Under the pieces are notes generated by a model that saw only the letters and a list, made by a program, of their open reading frames with translations, was not told where the DNA came from and searched no databases. Positions 13,288 through 26,743 of a DNA stretch of 64,000 nucleotides are shown here, piece after piece (positions within the stretch are counted from its first letter, which is position 1; each line of letters begins with the position of its first letter). Location: the NCBI GenBank assembly GCA_002269645.1, contig NIVC01000132.1, forward strand, positions 310,001-374,000, written 5' to 3'. The position numbers were made by a program, and so were the translations under genes. Origin of the DNA: Macrostomum lignano (taxonomy: Eukaryota).

Positions 13288-13619
13288 GTGAGCGCTGCCG
13301 CGGAGGCTGGAGTGGCGCCTGAGCCAGGCGTGTGTGTGTGTTGCCTGCAGCAAATTGCCTGTCTGAAAATCCGAGGGAGAACTGATCCCCCCGTCTCCCC
13401 TCTTGTGCCGACACTCTAAAAAAACAATTTTCGCTCTTCAAACTTGAATGGTATTTTTTAGCCAACCAGCGCTCTGTTTGGCCAGAATTTTTGTGCTGGC
13501 GATTTTTGGAACCGTTTGCTATTGTGATGCAATTTGAAGCCCCTGAATAGGTTTTCGCCGAGAACAAATTGGTATTTGGCTATATTTGGCTCAAATTATT
13601 CTGAGATAGGATACCATTT

Positions 13620-16600
13620 TCAGTATGATAGAAAATGATGATACTGGTGACAACCTCAGTGAGTATCATCACTCCAGTATGATTTAAAATGATGATTCTG
13701 GTGACAGCCTCAGTGAGTATCATCACTCCAGTATGATTCAAAATGATGATTCTGGTGACAGCCTCAGTGAGTATCATCACTCCAGTATGATTCAAAATGA
13801 TGATTCTGGTGACAGCCTCAGTGAGTATCATCACTCCAGTATGATTCAAAATGATGATACTGGTGACAACCTCAGTGAGTATCATCACTCCAGTATGATT
13901 TAAAATGATAGTTCTGGTGACAGCCTCAGTGAGTATCATCACTCCAGTATGATTCAAAATGATAGTTCTGGTGACAGCCTCAGTGAGTATCATCACTCCA
14001 GTATGATTCAAAATGATAGTTCTGGTGACAGCCTCAGTGAGTATCATCACTCCAGTATGATTCAAAATGATAGTTCTGGTGACAGCCTCAGTGAGTATCA
14101 TCACTCCAGTATGATTCAAAATGATAGTTCTGGTGACAACCTCAGTGAGTATCATCACTCCAGTATGATTCAAAATGATAGTTCTGGTGACAGCCTCAGT
14201 GAGTATCATCACTCCAGTATGATTCAAAATGATGATTCTGGTGACAACCTCAGTGAGTATCATCACTCCAGTATGATTCAAAATGATGATTCTGGTGACA
14301 ACCTCAGTGAGTATCATCACTCCAGTATGATTCAAAATGATGATTCTGGTGACAACCTCAGTGAGTATCATCACTCCAGTATGATTCAAAATGATGATTC
14401 TGGTGACAACCTCAGTGAGTATCATCACTCCAGTATGATTCAAAATGATAGTTCTGGTGACAGCCTCAGTGAGTATCATCACTCCAGTATGATTCAAAAT
14501 GATAGTTCTGGTGACAGCCTCAGTGAGTATCATCACTCCAGTATGATTCAAAATGATAGTTCTGGTGACAACCTCAGTGAGTATCATCACTCCAGTATGA
14601 TTCAAAATGATAGTTCTGGTGACAGCCTCAGTGAGTATCATCACTCCAGTATGATTTAAAATGATGATTCTGGTGACAACCTCAGTGAGTATCATCACTC
14701 CAGTATGATTCAAAATGATGATTCTGGTGACAACCTCAGTGAGTATCATCACTCCAGTATGATTCAAAATGATGATTCTGGTGACAACCTCAGTGAGTAT
14801 CATCACTCCAGTATGATTCAAAATGATGATTCTGGTGACAGCCTCGGTGAGTATCATAACTCCAGTATGATAGAAAATGATAGTTCTGGTGAAAACCTCA
14901 GTGAGTATCATCACTCCAGTATGATAGAAAATGATAGTTCTGGTCAAAACCTCAGTGAGTATCATCACTCCAGTATGATTCAAAATGATAGTTCTGGTGG
15001 CAACCTCAGTGAGTATCATCACTACAGTATGATTCAAAATGATAGTTCTGGTGACAACCTCAGTGAGTATCATCACTCCAGTATGATTCAAAATGATAGT
15101 TCTGGTAACAACCTCAGTGAGTATCATCACTCCAGTATGATTCAAAATGATAGTTCTGGTGGCAACCTCAGTGAGTATCATCATTACAGTATGATTCAAA
15201 ATGATAATTCTGGTGACAACCTCAGTGAGTATCATCACTCCAGTATGATTCAAAATGATAGTTCTGGTGACAACCTTAGTGAGTATCATCACTCCAGTAT
15301 GATTCAAAATGATGCTTCTGGTGACAGCCTCAGTGAGTATCATCACTCCAGTATGATTCAAAATGATAGTTCTGGTGACAGCCTCAGTGAGTATCATCAC
15401 TCCAGTATGATTCAAAATGATAGTTCTGGTGACAGCCTCAGTGAGTATCATCACTCCAGTATGATTCAAAATGATAGTTCTGGTGACAGCCTCAGTGAGT
15501 ATCATCACTCCAGTATGATTCAAAATGATAGTTCTGGTGACAGCCTCAGTGAGTATCATCACTCCAGTATGATTCAAAATGATAGTTCTGGTGACAGCCT
15601 CAGTGAGTATCATCACTCCAGTATGATTCAAAATGATGCTTCTGGTGACAGCCTCAGTGAGTATCATCACTCCAGTATGATTCAAAATGATGATTCTGGT
15701 GACAGCCTCAGTGAGTATCATCACTCCAGTATGATTCAAAATGATAGTTCTGGTGACAGCCTCAGTGAGTATCATCACTCCAGTATGATTCAAAATGATG
15801 ATTCTGGTGACAACCTCAGTGAGTATCATCACTCCAGTATGATTCAAAATGATAGTTCTGGTGACAGCCTCAGTGAGTATCATCACTCCAGTATGATTCA
15901 AAATGATAGTTCTGGTGACAGCCTCAGTGAGTATCATCACTCCAGTATGATTCAAAATGATGATTCTGGTGACAGCCTCGGTGAGTATCATAACTCCAGT
16001 ATGATAGAAAATGATAGTTCTGGTGAAAACCTCAGTGAGTATCATCACTCCAGTATGATAGAAAATGATAGTTCTGGTGAAAACCTCAGTGAGTATCATC
16101 ACTCCAGTATGATTCAAAATGATAGTTCTGGTGGCAACCTCAGTGAGTATCATCACTCCAGTATGATTCAAAATGATAGTTCTGGTGACAACCTCAGTGA
16201 GTATCATCACTCCAGTATGATTCAAAATGATAGTTCTGGTGACAGCCTCAGTGAGTATCATCACTCCAGTATGATTCAAAATGATAGTTCTGGTGACAGC
16301 CTCAGTGAGTATCATCACTCCAGTATGATTCAAAATGATAGTTCTGGTGACAGTCTCAGTGAGTATCATCACTCCAGTATGATTTAAAATGATGATTCTG
16401 GTGACAACCTCAGTGAGTATCATCACTCCAGTATGATTCAAAATGATGATTCTGGTGACAGCCTCAGTGAGTATCATCACTCCAGTATGATTCAAAATGA
16501 TAGTTCTGGTGACAGCCTCAGTGAGTATCATCACTCCAGTATGATTCAAAATGATAGTTCTGGTGACAACCTCAGTGAGTATCATCACTCCAGTATGATT

Positions 16601-16695
16601 CAAAATGATAGTTCTGGTGACAGCCTCAGTGAGTATCATCACTCCAGTATGATTCAAAATGATAGTTCTGGTGACAACCTCAGTGAGTATCATCA
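13620..16695. repeat. 54-bp minisatellite (ATGATTCAAAATGATAGTTCTGGTGACAGCCTCAGTGAGTATCATCACTCCAGT), ~57 copies, intronic
   Basis: Tandem periodicity. It produces the 1082-aa minus-strand ORF artefact. Confidence 0.95.
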
Positions 16696-17299
16696 CGGCA
16701 ATCAAATTCCAAATCAGAACTAAAGTACGACATAAATATAGTAGTTTTATGTCGAATTGAACGTTGGAACATAAAGTAAAGAGTTCGCCACACGGAGAGC
16801 CAGTAAGACTCGCCTTGACTCCGGGCATTCCAGCCTCTTAAGTTCCCTATCCCGGCTTGCTCTCTGGCCGCCAAATCAAGCAAAAGCCTCTCCCTGAAAG
16901 CTGCAGTGTGAAAGAGTGTGCTGTGAACAAGCAAACACACTTTATTTGCACCCCTTCAGCCCTGTTCTATAAGATAGATTGATTTCTGTCGTGGGTGAGG
17001 TTGAGCTTTGGCCCAATCACAATCGATCTGCGCTGAGCATTCAGTGCTGTTGCTGCCTGTGAGTCCTGTGTGTGTTTCTGTGTGTGTAGGCGGACATGAC
17101 CATCCTTAAAGAGCATCTGGGGTGTGGCTGCCATCTGCTGTTATGCTTGGGGCAGATTTAGTGTGGCTAGGTGTGGTTGCTTAGACCACACTATTTTATA
17201 ATGGTTTCAGTTGCTGTCTGTCACCTCCCATGTGTGGGAGGTTAAAATCTCTTCGCTTTTCGATATTAAAGTCTGCGGTACTGCACTTTTAGCTCAGCT

Positions 17300-18350
17300 A
17301 GGCGCCCCCTGATACCTAAAATGGCGCCCCCTGATACCTAAAATGGCGCCCCCTGATACCTAAAATGGCGCCCCCTGATACCTAAAATGGCGCCCCCTGA
17401 TACCTAAAATGGCGCCCCCTGATACCTAAAATTGCGCCCCCTGATACCTAAAATTGCGCCCCCTGATACCTAAAATTGCGCCCCCTGATACCTAAAATGG
17501 CGCCCCCTGATACCTAAAATGGCGCCCCCTGATACCTAAAATGGCGCCCCTGATGCTTAAAGTGGCGTCCCTGATACTTAAAGTGGCGCCCCTGAGGCTT
17601 AAAGTGGCGCCTCTGATACTTGAAGTGGCGCCTCCTAATGCCTAAAATGGCGCCCCTGTTACCTAAATTGGCGCCCCCCCTAATATTTAAAGTAGTGCCC
17701 CCTGATACTGAAAGTGGCGCCCCTGATGCTTAAAGTGGCGCCCCTAATACCTAAATTGGCGCCCCCCCTAATATTTAAAGTAGTGCCCCCTGATACTGAA
17801 AGTGGCGCCCCTGATACTAAAAGTGGCGCCCCTGATACTGAAAGTGGCGCCCCTGATGTTTAAAGTGGCGCCCCTGATACTGAAAGTGGCGCCCCTGATG
17901 CTTAAAGTGGCGCCCCTAATACCTAAATTGGCGCCCCCCCTAATATTTAAAGTAGTGCCCCCTGATACTGAAAGTGGCGCCCCTGATACTAAAAGTGGCG
18001 CCCCTGATACTGAAAGTGGCGCCCCTGATGTTTAAAGTGGCGCCCCTGATACTGAAAGTGGCGCCCCTGATGCTCAAAGTGGCGCCCCTAATACCTAAAT
18101 TGGCGCCCCCCCTAATATTTAAAGTAGTGCCCCCTGATACTGAAAGTGGCGCCCCTGATACTAAAAGTGGCGCCCCTGATACTGAAAGTGGCGCCCCTGA
18201 TGCTTAAAGTGGCGCCCCTGATACTTAAAGTGCCGCTCTTGATACTGAAAGTGGCGCCCCTGATGTTTAAAGTGGCGCCCCTGATACTTAAAGTGTCGCT
18301 CTTGATACTTAAAGTGGCGCCCCTGATGCTTTAAGTGGCGCCCCTGATGC
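17300..18350. repeat. 21/22-bp minisatellite with GGCGCCCCTGAT core and a 172-bp higher-order repeat
   Basis: Tandem periodicity. Near-identical ORFs start at 17802, 17974 and 18146 (172-bp spacing). Confidence 0.95.
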
Positions 18351-18895
18351 TGAACATCGCCGTCCATCTATTCACACCTAGAGATTAACCATAGCAACAC
18401 ACACCACCAAAATTTGCTGCTCCAAATAGCTCCAAACTCAGAGACTTCCTGGCGACGACAGTAGCTGACTTACTCGCATAATTTATTAATAAAATAATTC
18501 TAACTCTAAGCTTCAAGCCTACATTCGAAAAGTGCACTGCCGCACTTGCATAACCGGATTATCCACGAATAGTTTGCTTTGCTAGAGAATTGACGGAATT
18601 CTCTGCGACTGAAACTTGCAGAAACTTGCAGAAATTTTGATTGCTAAAGTTCACATTTGCATGGCTGATACAAGAGCGAATTTTTGTTGGGTATCATTGC
18701 GAACAGCACTGAAATTTTTTAAATATTCAGTGGTTTATTATTAATAGTCAAGTGACAGCAATAGTGATTGACAGGCGGTGGCTGGCTGTTGACAGCCAAC
18801 TCGTATCAGTGATTTCGTGTATTTAGTTCGCCTCGAACCACTGAGGAAATAAAGTACATGGCTTCTAAGTTCTGCTATTTCCTGCATGTCTGCTT

Positions 18896-20255
18896 GTGCA
18901 CCAGTGACTGACCAAACTATTGCTGACTTGTGCACCAGTGACTGACCAAACTATTGCTGACTTGTGCACCAGTGACTGACCAAACTATTGCTGACTTGTG
19001 CAACAGTGACTGACCAAACTATTGCTGACTTGTGCACCAGTGACTGACCAAACTATTGCTGACTTGTGCACCAGTGACTGACCAAACTATTGCTGACTTG
19101 TGCACCAGTGACTGACCAAACTATTGCTGACTTGTGCACCAGTGACTGACCAAACTATTGCTGACTTGTGCAACAGTGACTGACCAAACTATTGCTGACT
19201 TGTGCACCAGTGACTGACCAAACTATTGCTGACTTGTGCACCAGTGACTGACCAAACTATTGCTGACTTGTGCAACAGTGACTGACCAAACTATTGCTGA
19301 CTTGTGCACCAGTGACTGACCAAACTATTGCTGACTTGTGCACCAGTGACAGACCAAACTATTGCTGACTTGTGCACCAGTGACTGACCAAACTATTGCT
19401 GACTTGTGCACCAGTGACTGACCAAACTATTGCTGACTTGTGCACCAGTGACTGACCAAACTATTGCTGACTTGTGCACCAGTGACTGACCAAACTATTG
19501 CTGACTTGTGCACCAGTGACTGACCAAACTATTGCTGACTTGTGCACCAGTGACTGACCAAACTATTGCTGACTTGTGCAACAGTGACTGACCAAACTAT
19601 TGCTGACTTGTGCAACAGTGACTGACCAAACTATTGCTGACTTGTGCACCAGTGACTGACCAAACTATTGCTGACTTGTGCACCAGTGACTGACCAAACT
19701 ATTGCTGACTTGTGCACCAGTGACTGACCAAACTATTGCTGACTTGTGCACCAGTGACTGACCAAACTATTGCTGACTTGTGCAACAGTGACTGACCAAA
19801 CTATTGCTGACTTGTGCACCAGTGACTGACCAAACTATTGCTGACTTGTGCACCAGTGACTGACCAAACTATTGCTGACTTGTGCAACAGTGACTGACCA
19901 AACTATTGCTGACTTGTGCACCAGTGACTGACCAAACTATTGCTGACTTGTGCACCAGTGACTGACCAAACTATTGCTGACTTGTGCACCAGTGACTGAC
20001 CAAACTATTGCTGACTTGTGCAACAGTGACTGACCAAACTATTGCTGACTTGTGCACCAGTGACTGACCAAACTATTGCTGACTTGTGTACCAGTGACTG
20101 ACCAAACTATTGCTGACTTGTGCACCAGTGACTGACCAAACTATTGCTGACTTGTGTACCAGTGACTGACCAAACTATTGCTGACTTGTGCACCAGTGAC
20201 TGACCAAACTATTGCTGACTTGTGCACCAGTGACTGACCAAGTTATTGCTGACTG
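18896..20255. repeat. 34-bp minisatellite (GTGCACCAGTGACTGACCAAACTATTGCTGACTT), ~40 copies
   Basis: Highly homogeneous tandem periodicity. Confidence 0.95.
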
Positions 20256-20499
20256 CTGAAAGTCACGTGCCCTGTCGAACGCATGGAGTGCCTGGGAATT
20301 ACTCGCACTTTGCAAGATGGGAGTAAAACTCGATTTTATCTCAGTTCACCCGACTACTTGGGCCGCCACACTGCCTGCGTTTCTACTGGACTCGCATTCA
20401 GCCTCGGGGTTCCCTCCGTCAATCCCAGGCCTAAATCCTATCAAAATCCCTAAGACAGTAGACTCAGGATTTGCTCACGCTGCTGGAAAGCTAGCAAAA

Positions 20500-20505
<6 letters not shown>

Positions 20506-20578
<73 letters not shown>
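20506..20578. repeat. (GA)n microsatellite
   Basis: Seen directly. Confidence 0.95.
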
Positions 20579-20581
<3 letters not shown>

Positions 20582-20774
20582 TTAAGCTGCATCTAAAGCC
20601 GCGTTCAGGAGGTCAAGCTGGGCGGCAACGCAAATTAAGTCCTATCTGCGATTTTTGAGTCTCGCCCCACTCCCCAGCTGGCGATCCGGTGGGAAATAAA
20701 AGAAGATGACTGCAGTGAGAAAGAGGGGTTGTGGCCGGAGCTTGAATATGTGACACAGTGTTCTAGATGTGAGT

Positions 20775-21550
20775 GCCAGTGTGAGACAGGAGTGAGTGAC
20801 AGTGTGAGACAGGGAGTGAGTGACAGTGTGAGACAGGGAGTGAGTGACAGTGTGAGACAGGGTGTGAGTGACAGTGTGAGACAGGGAGTGAGTGACAGTG
20901 TGAGACAGGGAGTGAGTGACAGTGTGAGACAGGGAGTGAGTGACAGTGTGAGACAGGGTGTGAGTGACAGTGTGAGACAGGGAGTTAGTGACAGTGTGAG
21001 ACAGGGAGTGAGTGCCAGTGTGAGACAGAGAGTGAGTGACAGTGTGAGACAGGGAGTGAGTGACAGTGTGAGTGACAGTGTGAGACAGGGAGTGAGTGAC
21101 AGTGTGAGACAGGGAGTGAGTGACAGTGTGAGAGAGAGAGTGAGTGACAGTGTGAGACAGGGAGTGAGTGCCAGTGTGAGACAGAGAGTGAGTGACAGTG
21201 TGAGACAGGGAGTGAGTGACAGTGTGAGTGACAGTGTGAGACAGGGAGTGAGTGACAGTGTGAGACAGGGAGTGAGTGACAGTGTGAGTGACAGTGTGAG
21301 ACAGAGAGTGAGTGACAGTGTGAGACAGGGAGTGAGTGACAGTGTGAGACAGGGAGTGAGTGACAGTGTGAGACAGGGAGTGAGTGACAGTGTGAGACAG
21401 GGTGTGAGTGACAGTGTGAGACAGGGAGTGAGTGACAGTGTTAGTGACAGTGTGAGTGACAGTGTGAGACAGGGTGTGAGTGACAGTGTGAGACAGGGAG
21501 TGAGTGACAGTGTGAGACAGGGAGTGAGTGACAGTGTGAGACAGGGAGTG
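20775..21550. repeat. 24-bp minisatellite (GACAGTGTGAGACAGGGAGTGAGT) with 12-bp half-units
   Basis: Tandem periodicity. Confidence 0.95.
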
Positions 21551-22234
21551 AACCAGTAATTGCACTTTAAATGTCGCATATGCAAAAATTGTTACCGGCC
21601 AGCCTAGATTAGTCAGTACCTGGACATAAACTGATAGAATTGAGCCTGGGCCTTTGCCAATGGGCTTGAACATCCAAGTTGCGACCATAGTTCAGCGAAT
21701 TGAATTTTCATACTTATGTAAACAACTCAGTTTGGTTACAACGGAGGAGTCCCAGTACCATCTGTCAGCATTGGTATAATTGCTAAAGAACAAGGCGGAT
21801 AGTGGGACAGACAGAGACACAGGCGCCAAATGGGTCGCATCCGGCCTCATCCTGCTGGCCAGATGCCCGGGCTCTCACGTCGTCTAGCCACGTTCGACAA
21901 ACACGGAACGGCCGGATTGAGTCGGGAATAGCCAGTAGCAAACAGGGAATAATTTATGCGTAAACAGACATTCTGCTAGCGTGAACTTCAAATTAATGCA
22001 GAATCGAACTTGGGACCTTAGTGCGTTTACCACTCCGGTACTCAAACCCTGTGTGCATGCAGTTAGGTGCTTGAAGTCCATCCATAACAGTACAGTGGCA
22101 TAATTATACCAACATTGAGTCTGAGTAGTACCAATTAAAAGTAAGTCATGGGTAAATAAATTTTGTACTGATTACTGAAGTTCAATCTGTGTACCAATGT
22201 TAAGCCTGTGTACCGGGCCTTTGAACCTACATGC

Positions 22235-22483
22235 AGTGTGACCCTGTGTACTCATTGTGACCCTGTGTACGCATTGTGACCCTGTGTACTCATTGTGACC
22301 CTGTGTACGCATTGTGACCCTGTGTACGCATTGTGACCCTGTGTACGCATTGTGACCCTGTGTACGCATTGTGACCCTGTGTACGCATTGTGACCCTGTG
22401 TACGCATTGTGACCCTGTGTACGCATTGTGACCCTGTGTACGCATTGTGACCCTGTGTACGCATTGTGACCCTGTGTACGCAT
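22235..22483. repeat. 19-bp minisatellite (TGTGACCCTGTGTACGCAT), ~13 copies
   Basis: Tandem periodicity. It ends about 55 nt before an exon acceptor. Confidence 0.95.
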
Positions 22484-22538
22484 TGGAGCAGTAATCGGCA
22501 TTAATAGCCATGTCGGAACCCGCCACCCTTGACTGCAG

Positions 22539-22762
22539 GAGGGCGCCAACCCAGAAATCGCAGTTCACGTGTCGATCACCGGAGTGAACCTGGTGCCAGT
22601 GTACAAGGACGGCAACAAGACCCTGGGCCTCGGCGGCCGGCAAGTGGACGCCTCCGACAACGCATTCATAGCCAAATACCTGGCTAAGCGGGACGAGCAC
22701 ACCAGCTCGGGCGCTGGCAGGTGGAGCGCCAAGTTGCGAGATGTCCACGCTAAGTACTGCAG
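22539..22762 (+). CDS. Gene 1 exon (EGANPEIAVHVSITGVNL...DVHAKYC)
   Basis: CTGCAG acceptor preceded by an in-frame TGA, AG|GTGGGC donor, phase 0 to 2, GC3-rich codons. Confidence 0.85.
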
Positions 22763-23494
22763 GTGGGCTAGCTTTGCGCTAATTGCCTCCTGCTTACCTT
22801 GGAGAGCTTATGGGTTAATTTAGGAGCTCATTAGATTTACTTAGGAACTCATTGAGTTTCATTAGGTTTATTCAGGAGCTCATTAGGTTTATTTAGAAGC
22901 TCATTCAACTCATACCACAATTTTTTCAGTTCATTATATATTTTTAAAAGCTGATTCAGCCTTTTCAAACGCTATTTTGATTAAGTTATTTCTCTTAGTT
23001 CCAGTCCAGGAACTTGTTTAGGATCTCATTGGCAAGTTCAGAAGCAGCAAATCCATTTGAGTACCAAACCAGCATATGCCTGCTACATCTTGCAGTTCGC
23101 TGTGAAGCAGATAAACCGGCACATTTTTTTCATTTTCTTTTATCTCTCTACAGAAGCTGAGAAACATTTTCTGACAGCGACACGACCTCAACTCACATTC
23201 ACTTCACCGCCCCCCTCCTGAGCTGTCGTCCTCAGGCTGTGAGCCACCATTGTCCCAGATCACAAAACGGTGGTCCTGACGGGAAGTCTCAATCACAGAG
23301 CCATCGCCGCATTTCCAACGCTTTCTGTTTCTGGACAGAGAAATGTGCTTTTTTCTAAAAAAATATTGCAAAATATTTGCTGGTGGAAAGATTGAATGAA
23401 ATCTTTTTTGTTGACGCACTGTGAAATTCCGCACAACACGGGCCTCTGGATGTATGGAACTAGACTGAAAAAAGATTGATAAAACAGGCGGATT

Positions 23495-23890
23495 TGCTTC
23501 CAATCCAGGTATGTATCTAGATGTCCCTGGTAGATTTTTGAGGACTGCAGACCTGCTTCCAATCCAGGTGTGTATTTAGAGGTCTTTGGTAGATTTTTGA
23601 GGACTGCAGACCTGCATCTAATCCAAGGTGTGTATTTAGAGGTCCCTGGTAGATTTTTGAGGACTGCAGACCTGCATCTAATCCAAGGTGTGTATTTAGA
23701 GGTCCCTGGTAGATTTTTGAGGACTGCAGACCTGCATCTAATCCAAGGTGTGTATTTAGAGGTCCCTGGTAGATTTTTGAAGACTGCAGACCTGCATCTA
23801 ATCCAAGGTGTGTATTTAGAGGTCCCTGGTAGATTTTTGAAGACTGCAAACCTGCTTCCAATCCAGGTGTGTATTTAAAGGTCCCTGATA
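23495..23890. repeat. 60-bp minisatellite, ~7 copies
   Basis: GGTAGATTTTTGAGGACTGCAGACCTGCATCTAATCCAAGGTGTGTATTTAGAGGTCCCT periodicity. Confidence 0.9.
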
Positions 23891-24376
23891 GATTTCTAAT
23901 AGGCTCGAGTCTGCTTCCAGTCGATACAGAGGTCCGTGGCCGCGGATTCAGAGCTGAGAAAAGTCTGAAGCTCTCCCCAACTCAAAGCAACGTGAGAAGG
24001 TCAAAGAGCCCACGCGTCAACTCGCACTGCTCACAAGTCGACCCCGCCTCCTCACTCCCAAAGCGAAACTCCCAGGTGCAGTTCCGTCGAGAGCTGGCGC
24101 CCAAGGATCCCGTGTGACAGTTGCGGTGGTTGACAAGTTTGCTACACAGAAATACCCCCCTCTCAATGCCCCCTCTTGATCGCTTATTTCTTCTCCTCCG
24201 TAGCTCAGACGCTCGCTTCTATTCTTGCATATTTTTTAATCTCTTGACTCATAGATAACTAGTGTGTCATTGGCAAACTTGGGGCACAGAATTGGCATCA
24301 GAACTGTGTGTGTCCTGAAATTCGTCTGAATATTCTGAATTTTAGCTGAATGCCTTCAAATTTGTCTGAATCTTCT

Positions 24377-24705
24377 ATTAATAATAATAATTAATTGATT
24401 ACACCTGCCCTATTGGGCAGATGTGCAACCGACAGCTCAGCCGCAGCTATTGCGCGGCGCATCTGAAGGCTCATAGTCATACGGCTGTTCAGTCCAAGGA
24501 CTGGGGGGTCTCTGCACACACCCTCAATTACCCCAGCTAATGTTGGCACCCATTTTACAGCTGGGTGAACTGAAGCAATGCAGAGTTAAGCGTCTTGCTC
24601 AAGGACACAAATTGTTCCAGAGGGATCGGGAATCGAACCCCCGACCTTCAAGTCGTGAGTCCGACGCTCTAACTACTAGGCTACAACCCCCACAGGCTAC
24701 AACTT
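24377..24705 (-). mobile_element. tRNA-derived SINE, copy 1
   Basis: Minus strand: tRNA-like head with A box TAGCCTAGTAG and B box GTTCGATTCC; CORE-like body GTGTCCTTGAGCAAGACGCTTAA; (TTA)n tail. Flanked by TCTGAATCTTCT at 24365-24376 and 24706-24717, a possible TSD but set inside a repeat. Confidence 0.85.
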
Positions 24706-24920
24706 TCTGAATCTTCTGAAATTTGTCTGAATCTTCTGAAATGCATCTGAATCTTCTGAAATTTGTTTGAATCTACTGAAATTTGTTTGAATCTACTGAA
24801 ATTTGTTTGAATCTACTGAAATTTGTTTGAATCTACTGAAATTTGTTTGAATCTACTGAAATTTGTCTGAATGTCCTGAAGTTCATCTGAATCTTCTAAA
24901 ATTCATCTGAATCTTCTAAG
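24706..24920. repeat. 20-bp minisatellite (GAATCTACTGAAATTTGTTT) interrupted by SINE copy 1
   Basis: Related degenerate units also occur at ~24315-24376, on the other side of the SINE. Confidence 0.85.
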
Positions 24921-25104
24921 TTTTGTCATAATATTCTGATCTTCCAAAATGTTTTTTTTAATTCCAGCTCGTGATCTTTGAACGCTCAATAAGCAACAAA
25001 AATTAGTCAGATTGTTGTAGAAATAAGGAAAAACGCTATTTTGACTACTTACAGCCACTGCAGTCTAGAATTCAGTTTCACGCTTGAAACCTCACACCCG
25101 GCAG

Positions 25105-25288
25105 GCAGCCGATCCCGGATCACTACGTGCTGCAGCTGACCCGACGGTCCAATATTCTCAATCGGGTGCAGCGGATCTCCTGCGCCAACCGGAAGAACCT
25201 CAGCCCGACCTCGGACCGCTGTCCGGCCGACTACGGCCCAGACGAGCAGTACTACGTGCGCCGGCTGAACAGCCCCTGCTCCAGACAG
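25105..25288 (+). CDS. Gene 1 exon (QPIPDHYVLQLTRR...NSPCSRQ)
   Basis: GGCAG acceptor, CAG|GTGAGG donor, phase 2 to 0. Completes AGG with the previous exon. Confidence 0.85.
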
Positions 25289-25602
25289 GTGAGGGAGAAC
25301 CCCACAAGCCGCATCAATTTGGGGCTTGTGCACAGGGGGTTGTCGTGCCATTCACCGCCAAGGCACAGAGAGTGTACATGCCTGACGATTAGAAAGTCAG
25401 GGCTGATGTACACCCTGCGCGAGCTGTGTGTACGAGTGAATTCCTGTGCAAAGTATTTGGGCAGAATTGCCTCAGCTGCTGGTTGTTCGCACAGCTCGAT
25501 GCCAAGTTTGACGAAGCAGTTTAGAAATGAAAAAATGCAAAATAATAGCAGTAGAATATGCGGAGCACTTTGACAATATGACAGTGGCTCTTTATGATTC
25601 AA

Positions 25603-26122
25603 AATGGCACCAAATTGGTACAAAATGGCACTAATATGGTTAAAAAATGGCACTAATATGGTACAAAATGGCATCAAATTGGTACAAAATGGCACCAAAA
25701 TGGTACAAAATGGCACCAATATGGTACAAAATGGCACCAAATTGGTACAAAATGGCACCAAATTGGTACAAAATGGCACCAAATTGGTACAAAATGCCAC
25801 TAGTATGGTACAAAATGGCACCAAATTGGTACAAAATGGCACTAATATGGTTAAAAAATGGCACTAATATGGTACAAAATGTCACCAAATTGGTACAAAA
25901 TGGCACCAAATTGGTACAAAATGGCACTAATATGGTACAAAATGGCACTAATATGGTACAAAATGGCACCAAATTGGTACAAAATGGCACTAATATGGTT
26001 AAAAAATGGCACTAATATGGTACAAAATGGCACCAAATTGGTACAAAATGGCACTAATGTGGTTAAAAAATGGCACCAACATGGTTAAAAAATGGCACCA
26101 ACATGGTACAAAATGGCACCAA
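25603..26122. repeat. 21-bp minisatellite (AAATGGCACCAAATTGGTACA), ~24 copies
   Basis: Tandem periodicity. Confidence 0.95.
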
Positions 26123-26250
26123 TATACTAAGTGTCCTAAAGGCACACTGAAGTTCGAAAATAAACAAATGATTTGCAAATGACGAACACAATTGACTTCT
26201 TGCTAAGAATGCCATAAAATCGCTGAACAAAATCGCTCGGGACACCCCAG

Positions 26251-26313
26251 AACTACGAGTTCATCAGGTTCAGTGAGTTCGGCGAGTACAATCCATACCG
26301 GGTTGGCTCCGAG
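26251..26313 (+). CDS. Gene 1 exon (NYEFIRFSEFGEYNPYRVGSE)
   Basis: CCCCAG acceptor, GAG|GTAAAA donor, phase 0 to 0, 63 nt. Confidence 0.8.
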
Positions 26314-26743
26314 GTAAAACAAATGCAATCAATTATTTTTATTTGCTGCAAAAAGATCTGTCTAGCATTATCGGAGACCGGGGCTTCTCAATGCATTATT
26401 TTTTTGCTGGTAATTGTCTTCATACTGGTGATTTATTGAATTTTCCTATGTGTTGTTGGTGCGGAAAACTTTGGTATCAAATTAAAAAAGACATTTTCAA
26501 CTGGTTAGGGGTTTAAAAATTCGAATCTTTAAAGTTTATATATAGCTATATGGATTTTTATTCGCTCCCACGGTTCACGGTTCGCTATCCCAAAAAATGC
26601 TATACAATTTGTAATCTAAATGTCTGAGAGTACAGCATTTTGTGTCATTTTTAACAGATATTATTGGCATGGTTTGTTCCTACTTACTTATAGTAGGACT
26701 GCACGGACATTGAAACTTAATTGGCTTGTTATTTTTCTATCAG

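Noticed and set aside
13580-16828. 1082-aa minus-strand ORF
   Set aside because: It is the 54-bp array read in a frame without stops, antisense within an intron of gene 1. Unit variation is mostly non-synonymous.
13413-16918. CACTCT...AGAGTG as a TIR around the 54-bp array
   Set aside because: Only 6-7 bp match and there is no TSD.
18896-20255. CRISPR-like regular 34-bp repeats (also 33277-33768 and 47838-49347)
   Set aside because: Units are head-to-tail with no unique spacers, there are no cas genes, and the context is eukaryotic.
24620-24692. tRNA-Val(CAC)-like gene (also ~28288-28360)
   Set aside because: Both are heads of SINE copies that continue into a shared body and tail, with imperfect stems.
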